Positions 38,246 through 50,681 of a stretch of 64,000 nucleotides of DNA are shown here, one piece after another (within the stretch, counting starts at the first letter, position 1; each line of letters opens with the position of its first letter). The notes under the pieces were generated by a model. It was not told the origin of the DNA. It was given only the letters and a program-made list of their open reading frames with translations, and did no database searches. A program made the position numbers and the translations under genes. Source of the DNA: Ginglymostoma cirratum (lineage: Eukaryota); assembly GCA_024137785.1 (NCBI GenBank), contig JAHRHZ010000085.1, positions 2,580,107 to 2,644,106 of the forward strand. The letters run 5' to 3'.

Positions 38246-38312
38246 CATTTAGACCTGTGTATTTTCAGTTTCTGTTGTAATTCCTAATTTTGAATTTATA
38301 TTAACATTACAG

Positions 38313-38426
38313 ATTTTGCCTCTAAAATCGATACCACTATGGCTGCCGGTTGTGCCTCTCGTGCACTTGCAATTCTCATATTGACCGTGATGATTGCCAA
38401 GGGTTTTCTGTTCTTTGTCACCAAAG
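38313..38426 (+). CDS. Transmembrane exon (copy D)
   Basis: attacag| .. |gtatga, 114 nt, phase 1-1; DFASKIDTTMAAGCASRALAILILTVMIAKGFLFFVTK. Confidence 0.75.
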
Positions 38427-38841
38427 GTATGAACAGGATAGAAATGTTTCACTCAAATTAATATAATTGGGAGCTGAATTTCTGAAGTGTGCAATATAAA
38501 CAACTATTTAATGTGAAACCTCCTACAAACATGTACCTTGCTTCAGACCAAACATAAAGTACAAATTTTGAAGTGTCACTTTGCTAAGTTGTATCAGTCT
38601 AGATCAAAATTGTGATGGTGAGATTCGCTGCTGAAAGAAGTTTCTATTGCTCAAACATCAAAACATAAATTCAAAACATCTGCATGTAACGTTTAGAGCT
38701 GTATTGCGAAACTGTTGTTCCGATTGTACCCTGTTTACAAATGTCGAATAGTAGTCAAGTTGCTTTTTGTTCCTTTGGTTTGCTGATGAGGACAGGTATC
38801 AGCATTTTTCGTTGCTGACTTCTGTTATTTTTATTTCTCAG

Positions 38842-38894
38842 ATCGGGGAAAGAAAAAAATCAATAAATCCAACTCAGCATCAAGATGTGGTGAG
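38842..38894 (+). CDS. First cytoplasmic exon (copy D)
   Basis: Strong acceptor ttatttttatttctcag|; basic stop-transfer-like DRGKKKINKSNSASRCGE. A phase-0 exit requires a GC donor at 38895. Confidence 0.6.
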
Positions 38895-40514
38895 GCAAAT
38901 TTCCTACATTCTATTTGTTTTAATTTTCAAGACTAGTTGAACAATTAAGCTGGGAACACATACATATATTTCTAACATGTCAAAATAAGTCTTGGAAATT
39001 TCATCAGCTCTCAAAAGCACAATTTCAGCTGAATAAAAGAAAAATAAAGAAAATAGAAAATGGTAGGGAGTTTCGTGAACTGTTGCAACTATTTTAAATT
39101 GTCAAACAGAGGTTTGAAGCTGACAAATGGTTTTGATTTCTGTTTTCTTTCACACTTCACAAGTGACAGTGCGCTGAATAATTTTGCCACATTGATTACA
39201 GACATTATAATCAAAGCTGATTACAATGGGGTGATGACTATTCTGAATGGTAGGTTTCCAGGTGCAGATAGATATGATTGCTCTGTCCTTCCTTCCTACA
39301 CCGTTCAAAATTCACTCATGGATTAGTCTGAGTTCAGCGATTATGTCTGACTTTTCCAAGCAACTCTACCAAACAGCTAAATATATTTCGCAGACAGCTT
39401 GCCACAAGTTGGCTTCCTTCGAAGGCTTTTAATGTCAGATGTCTGTCTGAGAGTGCAACATGCTGCAGCATCATGCAATCTTGGAAAACAAATAGACGAG
39501 CTGTTGTGATGCAAACGTCTCTCATTTTTTGATTTTCAAAATGTGGATATCAGTGACATAAGAGAAGAACCTTCTTATCTGTGGCAACTGAAACGGAGCA
39601 GATGGGACTTATTCAGGAATAACTGATAACAGTTTGGTAAAACTTGAAGTCTTTTCACTCTTCACAGGACAAAATGCAATTGCAAATATTTATTTTTAAC
39701 TGCAGTTGGATGCCGTGCACACCAGCAGAAGCAACTTCTTTAAATGCATTTTAAAGCACTTAAAGTCTTTTAATTAATTCAACAGCTTTATTATCTCAGT
39801 TTCAGTCATGGATCTGAATTTGCTTTGTAAAGCAATTTTCATTTTCCTTCCTTGAGTATAATACTGCAAAAAGTACCTTCCTCTTTCATTGCATCATTGC
39901 TTCTCACGAAAATTATAAGTGGCAATTATTTGAAATGAATTAGTAATGCCTTTCTGAAGAAGGGTCACTTGACTTGAAACATTAACTCTGATTTCAAACA
40001 TTCCTTCACTGTAAATTAGTTACATTAGCTCGTCAACTAGACAGAAGGAATAACTGTACTTACCACTGATATTAGAAAATTAATTTTAGAATCACTCTGT
40101 TCCCTTATGAATAGGGGAAGGTAATTATTTCAATAGTGCGTCTAAATGGTCATAAATAAAGGTGTTGAAGTGAACATAAAAGTGCAGTGCGTTTTCAAAG
40201 AATTTGCGAGGTATACTTGATGCCTGACAGTATGTGTAAAGTAAATTATTGATGTTTTAAGTCAGAAAATGTGTCAACTATTTCGGGAGGAATACATTCA
40301 GGTTAGGGACAATGAAAATATGTGACAAGTATGGTGCACTTTTGTCGAAAAGTTAATCCACAATATTTCAGTGCTTGAAAATGTACTCTTTGGTCTCCTG
40401 TGAATTATTTCTTAATCATAACTAATTTTGTTTTCTCTTTCCATCTGATCCACCGTTCATGAAACAATAAAACACAGGCTAAGCATTGCACCTCGACATC
40501 AGAGGACTTTAATA

Positions 40515-40710
40515 AAAACCAAAAGAACTGCGGATTCTGTAAATCAGAAACAAAAATAAAGTTGCTGGAAAAGCTCAGCAGGTCTGGCAGCACTTGTGAA
40601 GGAGAAAACAGAGTTAACATTTCGGGTCCAGTGACCATTCCTCAGTTCTGTTTTCTCTTTCACATCTGCTGCCAGACCTGCTGAGCTTTTCCAGCAAATT
40701 TGTTTTTGAT
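40515..40710. mobile_element. Palindromic PLE-type mini-element, second family
   Basis: gttgctggaaaagctcagcaggtctggcagca and its reverse complement; further copies at 42860-43090 and 59260-59485, with single arms at ~10645, 12610, 17280 and 41050. Confidence 0.7.
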
Positions 40711-42021
40711 CAGAGCACTTTATTCTGTTAACTATCACAGTGCAGCTGCACTATTTCACAGGAAGATGTGCAGTAATGGAGTAAAGACTTTGACATAATT
40801 TTCTGAAGACCTCCAAGAAAGGAATTCAATTTTGCTGCCCCTGCAGTACATAAGTGGGTCAATTCTGGACGACATACTATTTTTAAAAGGATGTGAGCCT
40901 CAGTGGCAAGGCCAGTATTTGGTGCCAATAACTGTTTCCTATTAAAAGTCCAGCAGCTCACCAGCTTGCTTGACTAACTGCAGTCCAACGTTGTTGCCAG
41001 GGAGGGATTTTAGGCGAACCCTGCACCATCTATTCTCCATCTATCTACGAACAAAAACAGGAATTGCTGGAAAAACTCTGCAGGTTTAGTAGCATTTGTG
41101 GAGAGAAATCAGAGTTAATGTTTCAGGTCAAATGATCCTTCCTCAGAACGACATTACTAATTTATTTCAAATAATTGCCACTTATAATTTGAGTGAGAAG
41201 CAATGGGACTTCTGGTTTATATTTATTGTAACCAAACAATGACAAGTTTATTTTTGCTGCATTTAATAAATTCTATTGCAAGCTCAATTTGTGCAGAATG
41301 TAACAAAACAGGAAATCACCTCTCAGAATTCAAAACCTCATTAAATTGAATTGATGAATGCATCCTTTTTGTAGAACACTGCTTAATTGCAGTGTTTCCC
41401 TGGTGACTTTAACTTAAAAGTATATTACCGTTAATGATATCGAAAAAATAATGTATGCTTGTGAATAGTTGTGCTTTTCCTGGTACGAAACAGTTTAAAG
41501 TAAGAAACTGTAAAGTATAACAATTGCAATGAAGTGTTAGCAAACTCTGTACCACAATCTTTAAGAACACACTCCTGCAGATGCTGGAATCTGTGCTGAA
41601 GACAACAAATGCTGGAGATCAGAAATCAAGGGTTACGGGGAGAGTGCGGGTCAGTGGAGTTGAAATGCCCATCAGCCATGATTAAAATGGTGGAGTGGAC
41701 TCAATGGGTCGAATGGACTTACTTCCACTCCTATGTCTTATGGTCTTATGGTCTTATCACAGCAGGTCAGACAGCATCCATGGAGAGAGAGAAAGCTAAC
41801 ATTTCGAGTCTGGATGACTATTTAACAGACCTGTAATGAAGAATCATCTAGTCTGGAAACGTAAGCTTGCACTGCCTCCATGAATGTTGTCCAGCCTGCT
41901 GCGATTTCCAGCATCTGTTCTTTTGCAATACAACAAACTAATTGTCCATGTTAAGAACGTATGTTTGTCTCTTTACTCCAAAACAAAATAATGAAATGAA
42001 TATTGAATCTTGACTTTATAG

Positions 42022-42130
42022 AGAAAACGAGGGACGTGTGAGGATAAGTTGACATATGCTGCTCTTTATAGAGTTGGTTCTGAGGATGGCATAATGCCTA
42101 AACAACTGGTAGAAATCACAATATATAGAG
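42022..42130 (+). CDS. Cytoplasmic exon with ITIM LTYAAL (copy D)
   Basis: tttatag| phase 0: RKRGTCEDKLTYAALYRVGSEDGIMPKQLVEITIYR; ITIM at 42049-42066; donor GAG|GTACAT. Confidence 0.7.
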
Positions 42131-42274
42131 GTACATTTAAGGTCATATGTGTAAATAATGAGCTGATTCATCATAATGAGTTGATTTCAGGATGATGTTG
42201 GAAGTTGCTTGTGTGTAATTTTCATCTAGAATGATTTAAATGAATGGTAATTCATTCTCAATGTTGTTTTTCAG

Positions 42275-42391
42275 ACAAAACACTGCATGACAGACAGCAG
42301 GCTGATTTACCTTGCTCTGAAATTCACTGATTCCAGGACACCATTGAAACCCAAACACCAAGAAGAAAGGTCTAGTGATTGCAGCGATTAA
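42275..42391 (+). CDS. Terminal cytoplasmic exon with ITIM LIYLAL (copy D)
   Basis: tgtttttcag| phase 0: TKHCMTDSRLIYLALKFTDSRTPLKPKHQEERSSDCSD*; ITIM at 42302-42319. Confidence 0.65.
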   Translation, partial: TKHCMTDSRLIYLALKFTDSRTPLKPKHQEERSSDCSD

Positions 42392-42859
42392 ATAAGGCAA
42401 ACAAAAATACGCTTAAAAGATAGAAACACAGTTTGTATCACAGAGATGTTTATATTTCTTATCAATTTTAAGCTGTTATTTTCCTCATATAAACCCTATA
42501 TCAATTTTGCAAACATGTGGATGAATTTCTTCCCCTTGAGTAATGTCACCTGAATCCAGCTCTTTTCAGCTTTGAAATACATGCAACAGGTACGACTAAA
42601 AACTGCAACTCAATTATTTCCAACTGTCAAAGATGTTCTTATTCCCTTTAAATCTACATGAAATTCGACATATTACTCATTAAGATTATTATTGAGTATT
42701 TTTCTCTGTGTTTGTACAGCGTCAGAAATTCATCATAATTCTGCTCGTACTGTCAAAGCGTGGCAATGCTGATATTTTCTCTCCCTTTCTCCAGCCTCTG
42801 CATTTGACCAAGAAATAACAGGGTTTACTGTGACAAATGTTCACGAGGTTTCTATAAAC

Positions 42860-43090
42860 TGAAAGAACTGCAGATGCTGTAAACCAGGAACAAAAACAAA
42901 GTTGCTGGAAAAGCTCAGCAGGTCTGGCAGCACCAGTGAAGGAAAAGACAGAGTTAACGTTTCAGGTCCGTTGACCTTTCCTCAGAACAGCTCTGAGGAA
43001 CAGTCACCAGACCCGAAATGTTAACTTTATTTTTTTCCTTCACAGATGGTACCAGACCTGCTGAGCTTTTCCAGCAAGTTTGTTTTTGTT
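42860..43090. mobile_element. Palindromic PLE-type mini-element with hammerhead-like cores
   Basis: Long inverted repeat; the - strand at ~42987-42953 reads CUGAGGA-A-AGGUC(AACG)GACCU-GAAAC-GUU. Confidence 0.7.
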
Positions 43091-43919
43091 CACGAAGTTT
43101 CTGTTGGTTACCTGTCCTTAATTTGTTTGGATTTCACTGTCTTTTCTTGCATGAATTGATGCTTCATTCTGCTTCTTTTGTGGCAGTAGTTTTAATCCTG
43201 TTTGTCCTCTTGCTGTTACTAAGATAATGTTTGTGTTGATTTTTCCATATTCGGATTGCTGAAGAGATCCAATTGCTGATCTGCCTAATATTTTGATGGT
43301 TCATTTTGCTTCATTAATTTGCTTAAGTTAATAATTGGCAGTTTCTTCTTCAAATTTTAATTCAATGTAGAGTGGCACCATGCCCAGACAGTGCGGACTG
43401 ATGCTCCATCCTTGATCGCCTCATTGATTAACATTGCACTCTCATTGTAATCTGGTACAGTGGGACAAGATGGCATGACTGATGAATGTTTCTGAATCAT
43501 GACAATTTATAGTTATTCTTTATTTGAGTGGGAATGAAACTAGAGAAATAAATCAATTTACATTTGAACAAATCGTGTTGATGCATGCTGAAGCATTTCT
43601 TTCAATACATTTGTGTATTGTTTTCTCACAAATGGCATATAGCTAATATAGCTTCCAAATAACTTACAATGCTTCACCGATTATATTGTGGAAAGTTCTC
43701 TGGACTTAACTGATTAGGAAAATAAAGCGATACAATTTATCAACATTGTTTTATTGCTATTTTGCTACTGAGATGAATGCATTTTGTGACTTACTGTCAA
43801 AAGCTTACAAGTACGCAAGCATAAAATGAATTATCAATCTGAAGATTTTTGAAAGACTGCTTGGAAAGTTGTGATTTGGTGACGTTGAGGCAATGTAGAT
43901 GATGACAAATTCTGTTTGT

Positions 43920-44400
43920 CTTGTGGGAAAAGGGTGGACAGCTGAAAGAGGAACAGGTTGATTGATTGAAAGATATAAAATCTTGAGGGGTCTTGACAGG
44001 GCAGATGTGGAGATGGTTCCTCCCAAGGGAAAATCTAGAACTAGGGATCATGGTTTTAAAATATCAGAGGTTGATCATTTAAAACAGTGTTAGATTTTTT
44101 TTTCTCTCACAGGTCTATGAGTCTTTGGAACATTCTTGTTAAAAAGGTGGCAGAAGCAAGGTTCTTGAATATTTTACTGTCACAAATTGACAGATTCAAG
44201 TGGAGCAAAGAGGTGAAAGATTATCAGGAGTGCTGTTTGAGTGCTGTTTACGGTCTGTTTCGCGATGACCTTATTTGAACCACATTTTCGATTTGTTCTC
44301 CCAAATGGCCTGCCTTCTCATACCGGTCATTTTATTGAATGTTCGGAATAACAGAGCAGGCGAGAGAGACTGACTGACCTACTCTTGCTTTTAATTCCAT
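43920..44400 (+). mobile_element. Degenerate CR1 3' fragment
   Basis: YKILRGLDRADVEM and FFSHR..SLWN motifs. Confidence 0.7.
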
Positions 44401-46254
44401 TGTTCATATCAACCTGTACTGATTTCCTTATGTGTAAATAACAATGCTATTTGTTATAAACAAATGTTATTTGCTTACTGAGGGAAATCATAAATAGCTT
44501 TGGATTTTAAACATCTAAACCATAAGTTTCCACAAAGGACTTTATGATGAAATAATAGTGCTCCAGTGGGTGGAGGGTAAATTTATTGCTACATCATGAG
44601 CATACTTTTGTTGGTTTTAAACACTATTTATTTGTCATTTTTCAGTTGCAGATGTCCTATTGTTTCATGTTCTGTAGCGTTAATAGTGTTTCTTCCTGTG
44701 TCATCTGAAAGGTTGGTGAGCACCATGAACATGAATTCGGTCTCTGAGTGTATAAGGTTCGCCTATGGGCAGCAAACAGAGAGTAGATCTTCAAAGAAGG
44801 GTCATGTTTGACACTGTAGAGTCTAGCTGGTGGGGTAAAGCAAAGTTCCAAGTTTGGATGTCAGAGATTTCAATTTGATGTCAGCTAAAAATGAAGGGGC
44901 CTAAGGTAATGTATCAACATTTTCTCACTATAAATTTATCGCAGGCGAAGTGAGCGAATTAGTATTTAAGGCTGTGAATAGGATACCAAACACCCGTGTC
45001 AACCATCTTTGATAAATTGTTGGTGTGGGAGCATACCGCCGACTGGGGACAAAGTCTCAGGAGGCAGGCAGGATGCTGGCAAGTGGAAGATGTTTATTTA
45101 AGTAATAAAACCAGTTGAGGCGGGGAGAAAACCAAAGAAGCTTCTCTGAATTGGAAGGAAGATCAATGGCACACTCTGATTTTTACAGTGAAAATACAGA
45201 ATTTTATACATTTTCTGTGACAATATTCACATACAGCATATTCACTGTCCTTCCCCCTTAATCCATACACCCAATTCCCTGGAACATCTCATCAATGATG
45301 GTCATTCATGTGGGTCATTCCTATGAAACTTATGGCGTTTACCAGACATTTTAATCTATCAGGCTTGGGATCTTTCTATCCATCCTATTCATTCTCATTC
45401 CAAAGTTACTGGCTACACTCCTTCGGATCTGTCTCAGGCTTCTTATCACTTATGTTCTATTATTTAATGCATTTCATCTGCTTTCTTTTGATAAATTCAG
45501 CCATTCCTCTGCTATTTCCCACTTTCCTAATTAAATATGCAAAATTTAAAAAGGCAGTTAGTTTTAATGAATTGCAATAGGGTTAATTTCTATTCTAAAT
45601 TTAGTGATAAAATGTAAACTTGGACAGCTTCTCCTGTGAGCACTTTGTAATTAATGAGTTGTGAACTTCTCTCAGAAGACAAAGTGTTTCCTGAGGCTAA
45701 TTAACTTTCACATCGAAGTTGAAATGCTTTCCCCCTAATGCTTGTATATTACTTTGGTTATATGTTAAAATTACATCTGCTATTTAAGAATTTTTAAAGA
45801 ATTCATTTCAACCAGAGGCTATATAATATTGCAGGTAGTTTCAAAGAAGCATCTATTTACTCCAAACTTTAGCTGTAGTTTTTTTTTGCAGCTGCTAAGG
45901 CGTTTAAGGGAGTTTATCAGGGAGTTCATCTAGCCAGCTCATGGGCTGAGACTGACACTTGGTGTTATTTGTTTACTGCGACAATCATCCTTTCATTCGG
46001 AGCTGAGATTAGTTACTTATCCATCCTTTGGCACCTTCTTATCAGAACTGTCTCAGATAGTCGGCGGTAAGGCTCTTTTGCTGACCTTGGGATGGTCTTG
46101 TTTAAAGGTGCCAGTGTGTTTCATTTAAATGATAGACCAGACTTTCACAATTTGTTTTAATCCTTGTTGGCCATTTTGCGCCTTTCAAACATCGGCCGTT
46201 TTGGTGAAGCAGATATGGGTCACTTTGTCTGGATAGGTACAGGTCACCTCCACA

Positions 46255-46549
46255 CTTCTTTCGCAATAGTGTAACTGACATTTGCTGGAAATGAGCTTGA
46301 AACGTGATGCAATTGCCAAGTGTAAACTGTCTCATTCGACGGCCTCTGACACCTCTAATGTGCTGACAACCTCAAAGTCTGTTGATGTTTACTTGTTGTT
46401 CATTTCAAAATCAAGTCAAGACTTTTGTATTGTTTTTGTGCCAAGTAAGATTGAAGTCTTTTGGGTAAAAGGCAGAAGTCTTGCAGTGCAGAACAAAAAA
46501 AAAGCGTCTTCCAATTGGACTGGCACAATTTTCAGGGGAGCTAGTGAAG
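46255..46549 (-). pseudogene. Ig C1-set exon (copy E), multiply disrupted
   Basis: Acceptor atgcag|c; LHCKTSAFYPKDFNLTWHKN. Frameshift in a T9 run, two TGA stops (~46406-46414), the same 2-nt deletion as copy B, second Cys changed to Trp, donor lost. Confidence 0.9.
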
Positions 46550-47185
46550 CTGCATTGTAAATAATATTATTCAGATAAATCTAAAAATCAGAACCCTACT
46601 CCAAAGCTTCAATTATTTAATGAACAAACTATCTGTTTTCTCGGTGCACGGCTTCTGCATTAGTCATCATTATTTGTTTAAAGTGAATATTACATTTAAC
46701 ATATAACGATCCCCTGTCCCCCAGCAAAGCGAATGATGCACCATTTCCAAGTTCAGCAAAATTGATTTCTAACAACATACATATTAATTAATACAAATAT
46801 ATTTGTGATGTAATTCTGCATCATTCTTGGAACAACCAGTTTGGAAGTCGATTTGAGATCGTAGAAACTGTGACATCCACAGTCCAAACGAAACGGACAG
46901 CAATTTTATTTTCAATTAGATACAATACTGCAGACAACATCTGTGTCTTTTCAACTTGTTTCCCGATGCTTAGGTTAGAAAAGGAAAATGGGTGGCTTCA
47001 AAGTTTGGTATTAACTTATTCTGCAATGGATACATTTCAGTACAATTTCCTAATCAAGTGCAGATGGTAATCTTTACACGGTGGCGGTTTCTACAAGTTT
47101 CTCACGTTGTTGATAATTTCATTTTAAAGAAGTTCAATGTTCATGTGAAATGCAGCTAGGACACCATGATTGTCTGCGGTCACAC

Positions 47186-47555
47186 CATCTCTGGTAAGTT
47201 GCACAGCAGCTTCTTTCCCAACCGTGCGATGCTGATACTTGACGACACAGCAACGTGTTCCAGCGTCCCGGACAGTCACATTCAGGAGATGAAGGTAAGC
47301 TGCTCCTCTAACTACAGTGATTAACTTTCTGCTATCCTCCTGCAGAAAGCTATTACTACCTTCGCTCCACCAGAAAGAGACAACATTTGAACGGTTGATT
47401 TGTAAGGAGAAAGGTCATAGCATGAAAACTGATGAACATCTCTGCATGGTCAGTCATCTAAGATTCGGTTTTACTTTGGCCGAAATGCCCACAGCAACCA
47501 ACAACCAAGGAAACACGGTGAGATGAAACAAGAGGGATGGGCTGTTTAAATGCCA
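47186..47555 (-). pseudogene. Leader + Ig V-type exon (copy E) with two stops
   Basis: LLFHLTVFPWLLVAVGISAKVKPNLR*LTMQRCSSVFML*PF..FWW..LHLLNVTVRDAGTRCCVVKYQHRTVGKEAAVQLT; stops at 47456-47454 and 47417-47415 (the first Cys codon). Confidence 0.9.
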
Positions 47556-47884
47556 TCCTTATTCCAGGCCCAACAGCAATTTCTCATGCCTAATTGACTA
47601 ATTCTCCAATTTTTACTATATTGTCCTCATTGAATGTCATATTTTCTTCCCTCTAACACAGCAGCAAGTGAGCTCTGTGAGTACTTGACATGCAAAAAAT
47701 AAATACAAAAATAATAAGAAAATGAAGTGCCCGCATCGTTTAACAATCTAGCTTTAAGTTCATGTTGCACCTTGATTATGAACAGTTAATATGTAGCTAA
47801 AAAAATGTGTACCCGCACATGTGATGCATAACATACAGACGTCCTGTCGTGAATAACACATAGACATATCGACAGTGAAGGTCT

Positions 47885-48068
47885 GAGACAACACAGTGTG
47901 GAACTGGAGGAACACATGAGGCCAAACAGCATCAGTATTGGACCCTGAAGAGTCCCAGCCAGAAACATCAACATTCCTGCTCCTCTGATGCTGCCTGGCC
48001 TGATGCGTTCCTCCAGCTCCACACTTGTGTTGTCACTGACTCCAGTGTCTGCAGTTCTTGCCATCTCC
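47885..48068. mobile_element. Penelope-derived hairpin mini-insertion
   Basis: Inverted PLE terminal sequences. Confidence 0.65.
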
Positions 48069-50204
48069 GAAAATCAGAGACTATCAGTTGTGCCTGAGAA
48101 CAACATTGATTGTTAGATGCTCGTCTCTGTTTCTAATTTAATCACGTATTTGGTTGCTGAATGAATTGTCTTTGTGAATACCTGCTAATAGCTGTCTAGA
48201 TCAGTTTGTTCCCTTCTGACTTGTTACTGTCCATGTGGTGAAATGATCATTTCAGGGATTGTGGTTGCCGATCAAAAGTGCTGCTTTGTCTTGTGAGATG
48301 ACATTCTTCTGAGTGTGTTATCCGTAAGATCATAAGACCATAAGACCACAAGACACAAGAGCAGAAATTAAGCCATTTGGCCCATCGCGTCTGCTCCGCC
48401 ATTCAATCATGGCTGATAAGTTCCTCAAATCCATTCTCTCCCGCTTTCTCCCCATAACCCCTGATCCCCTTGATAATCAAGAACCTATATATCTCAGTCT
48501 TAAAAGTTCGCAATGAAATGGCCTCCACAGCCTTTTCTGGCAGTGAATTCCATAGATTCACTACTCTCTGGCTGAAGAAGTTTCTCCTTATCTCTGTTCT
48601 AAAAGGTCTCCCATTTACTCTAAGGCTGTGCCCTCAGGTGCTAGTCTCTCCTACCAATGGAAGCATCTTCTCAACATCCACTCTGTCCAGGCCATTCAGT
48701 ATTCTGTAAGTTTCAATTTGATGCCCCCTCATCCTTCTAAACTCCAATGAGTATAGTCCCAGAGCCCTCAAACATTCCTTATACGTTAAGCTTTTCATTC
48801 CTGGGACCAGTCTCGTGAACTTCCTCTGAGCCCACTCCAGGGCCAGCACATCCTTCCTGAGACATGAGAACCAAAACTGCACACAATACTCCAAATGTGG
48901 CCTGACCAGGCCTTATAAAGCCTCGGTAGTGTATTCCTGCTTTCATATTCAAGTCCTGGACTAGAACTCTTAAGTCTTTTTGCATTTCAGACTTCTGAAT
49001 CTTCTCCCCATTTAGAAAACAGTCCATGCTTTTATTCTTCCTACCAACGTGCATGAAGTCACACTTTCCCATGTTGTACTCCATCTGCCACGTCTTTGCC
49101 CACTCTCCTAAATTGTCCAAATCCTTCTGCAGCCTCCCTGCCTCCTCAATACTGCGTGTCCCTCCACCTATCTTTATAACGTCTGCAAACTTAGCTAGAA
49201 TACCCACAGCTCCTTCATCTAGATCATTAATGTATAAAGTGAAAAGCTGTGGTCCCAACACCGACATTTGCAGAACACCACTTATCATCAGCTGCCATCC
49301 TGAGAAAGACCCTTTTATCTCCACTCTGCTTTCTGCCAGACAGCCAATCTTCTCCTCATGCCAGCACCTTGCCTCGAACACCATGGGCCTTTATCTTACT
49401 CAGCAGCCTCTTGTGCGGCACCTTCTTGAAGTCCAGGCTCTACTTGGTCTACCCTGCTCATTACTTCCGCAAAGAATCCTAGCAGATTTGTCAGGCATGA
49501 CCTCCCTTGATGAAACCATGTTGACTTTGCCCAATTGTACCATACACTTCCAAATATTCAGAAATCTCAATCTTCACAATGGACTCCAAAATCTTACCCA
49601 AGACCGAGGTTAAGCTAATTGGCCTATAATTTTCCGTCCTTTGCCTCACTCCCTTTTTAAACAAGGGTGTCACGTTAGCAATTTTCCAGTCCTCTTGGAC
49701 CCTCCATGACACTAGCGATTCCTCAAAGATCTCCACGAATGCTTCCACTAATTCTGCAGCTATCTCCTTTAGAATTCTGGGGTGTAGTCCATCTGGTCCA
49801 GGTGGTTTATCCACCCTCAGGCCAATCCGTTTTACTAGCACCTTTTCCTTGGTGATAGCCACCATATTCAGATCTGCACCCGACTCATTTGAATTTCCGG
49901 CATGTTACTCATGTCTTCCACGGTGAAGACTAACACGAAGTAATTATTCAGTTCATCAGCCATTACTATGTTCCCCTGTACTATCTCCCCAGTGTCAGTT
50001 TCCATTGATCCAATGTCCACTTTTGCTTCTCTTTTATCCTTTATATATCTAAAGAAACTCTTACAGTGTTCATATATAGTACTGGCTAGCTTACCATCAT
50101 ATTTAATCTTCTCCCTCCGACTTTCTTTTTTTTTGTTACCCTCTTTGTAAGCTCCCCAATCCTCTGGTTTCCTGCTGTCTTTAGCCACATTACATGCTTT
50201 CTCT

Positions 50205-50299
50205 GATAACAAGCATGGGGCTGGATGGACACAGCAGGTCAAGCAGCATCATAGGAGCAGGAAAACGTGACGTTTCGGGCCTAAACCCTTCATCAGAAA
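50205..50299 (-). mobile_element. 95-bp Penelope terminal insertion with intact hammerhead core
   Basis: TSD ACATGCTTTCTCT (50192-50204, 50300-50312); the - strand starts tttCTGATGAagggtttaggcccGAAACGTC. Confidence 0.85.
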
Positions 50300-50681
50300 A
50301 CATGCTTTCTCTTTTGCTTTTATGATATCCCTAACTTCCTGAGGCAGTCATGGTTGCCTCGTCCTCCCTGTACCTTGCTTCTTTTTCCTAGGGACGAATT
50401 TTTGCTGTGTCTCTTGAATTACTACCAGAAACTCCTGCCATTGCTGTTCCACTGTCTTTCCTGCTAGGCTCCTGTTCCAGTCAATTCTGCCCAGCAACAC
50501 CCTCATACCTCTGTAGTTGCCTTTATTCAGCTGTTATACCATTACCTCTGATTCTATCTTCTCCCTCTCAAATTGCAGAGTAAAGTCTATCATCTTATGA
50601 TCACTGCCTCCTAAGGGTTCCTTTGCCTTAAGCTCCCTTGTCAAGTCTGCCTCATTGCACAATACTAAATCCAGTATTGCC

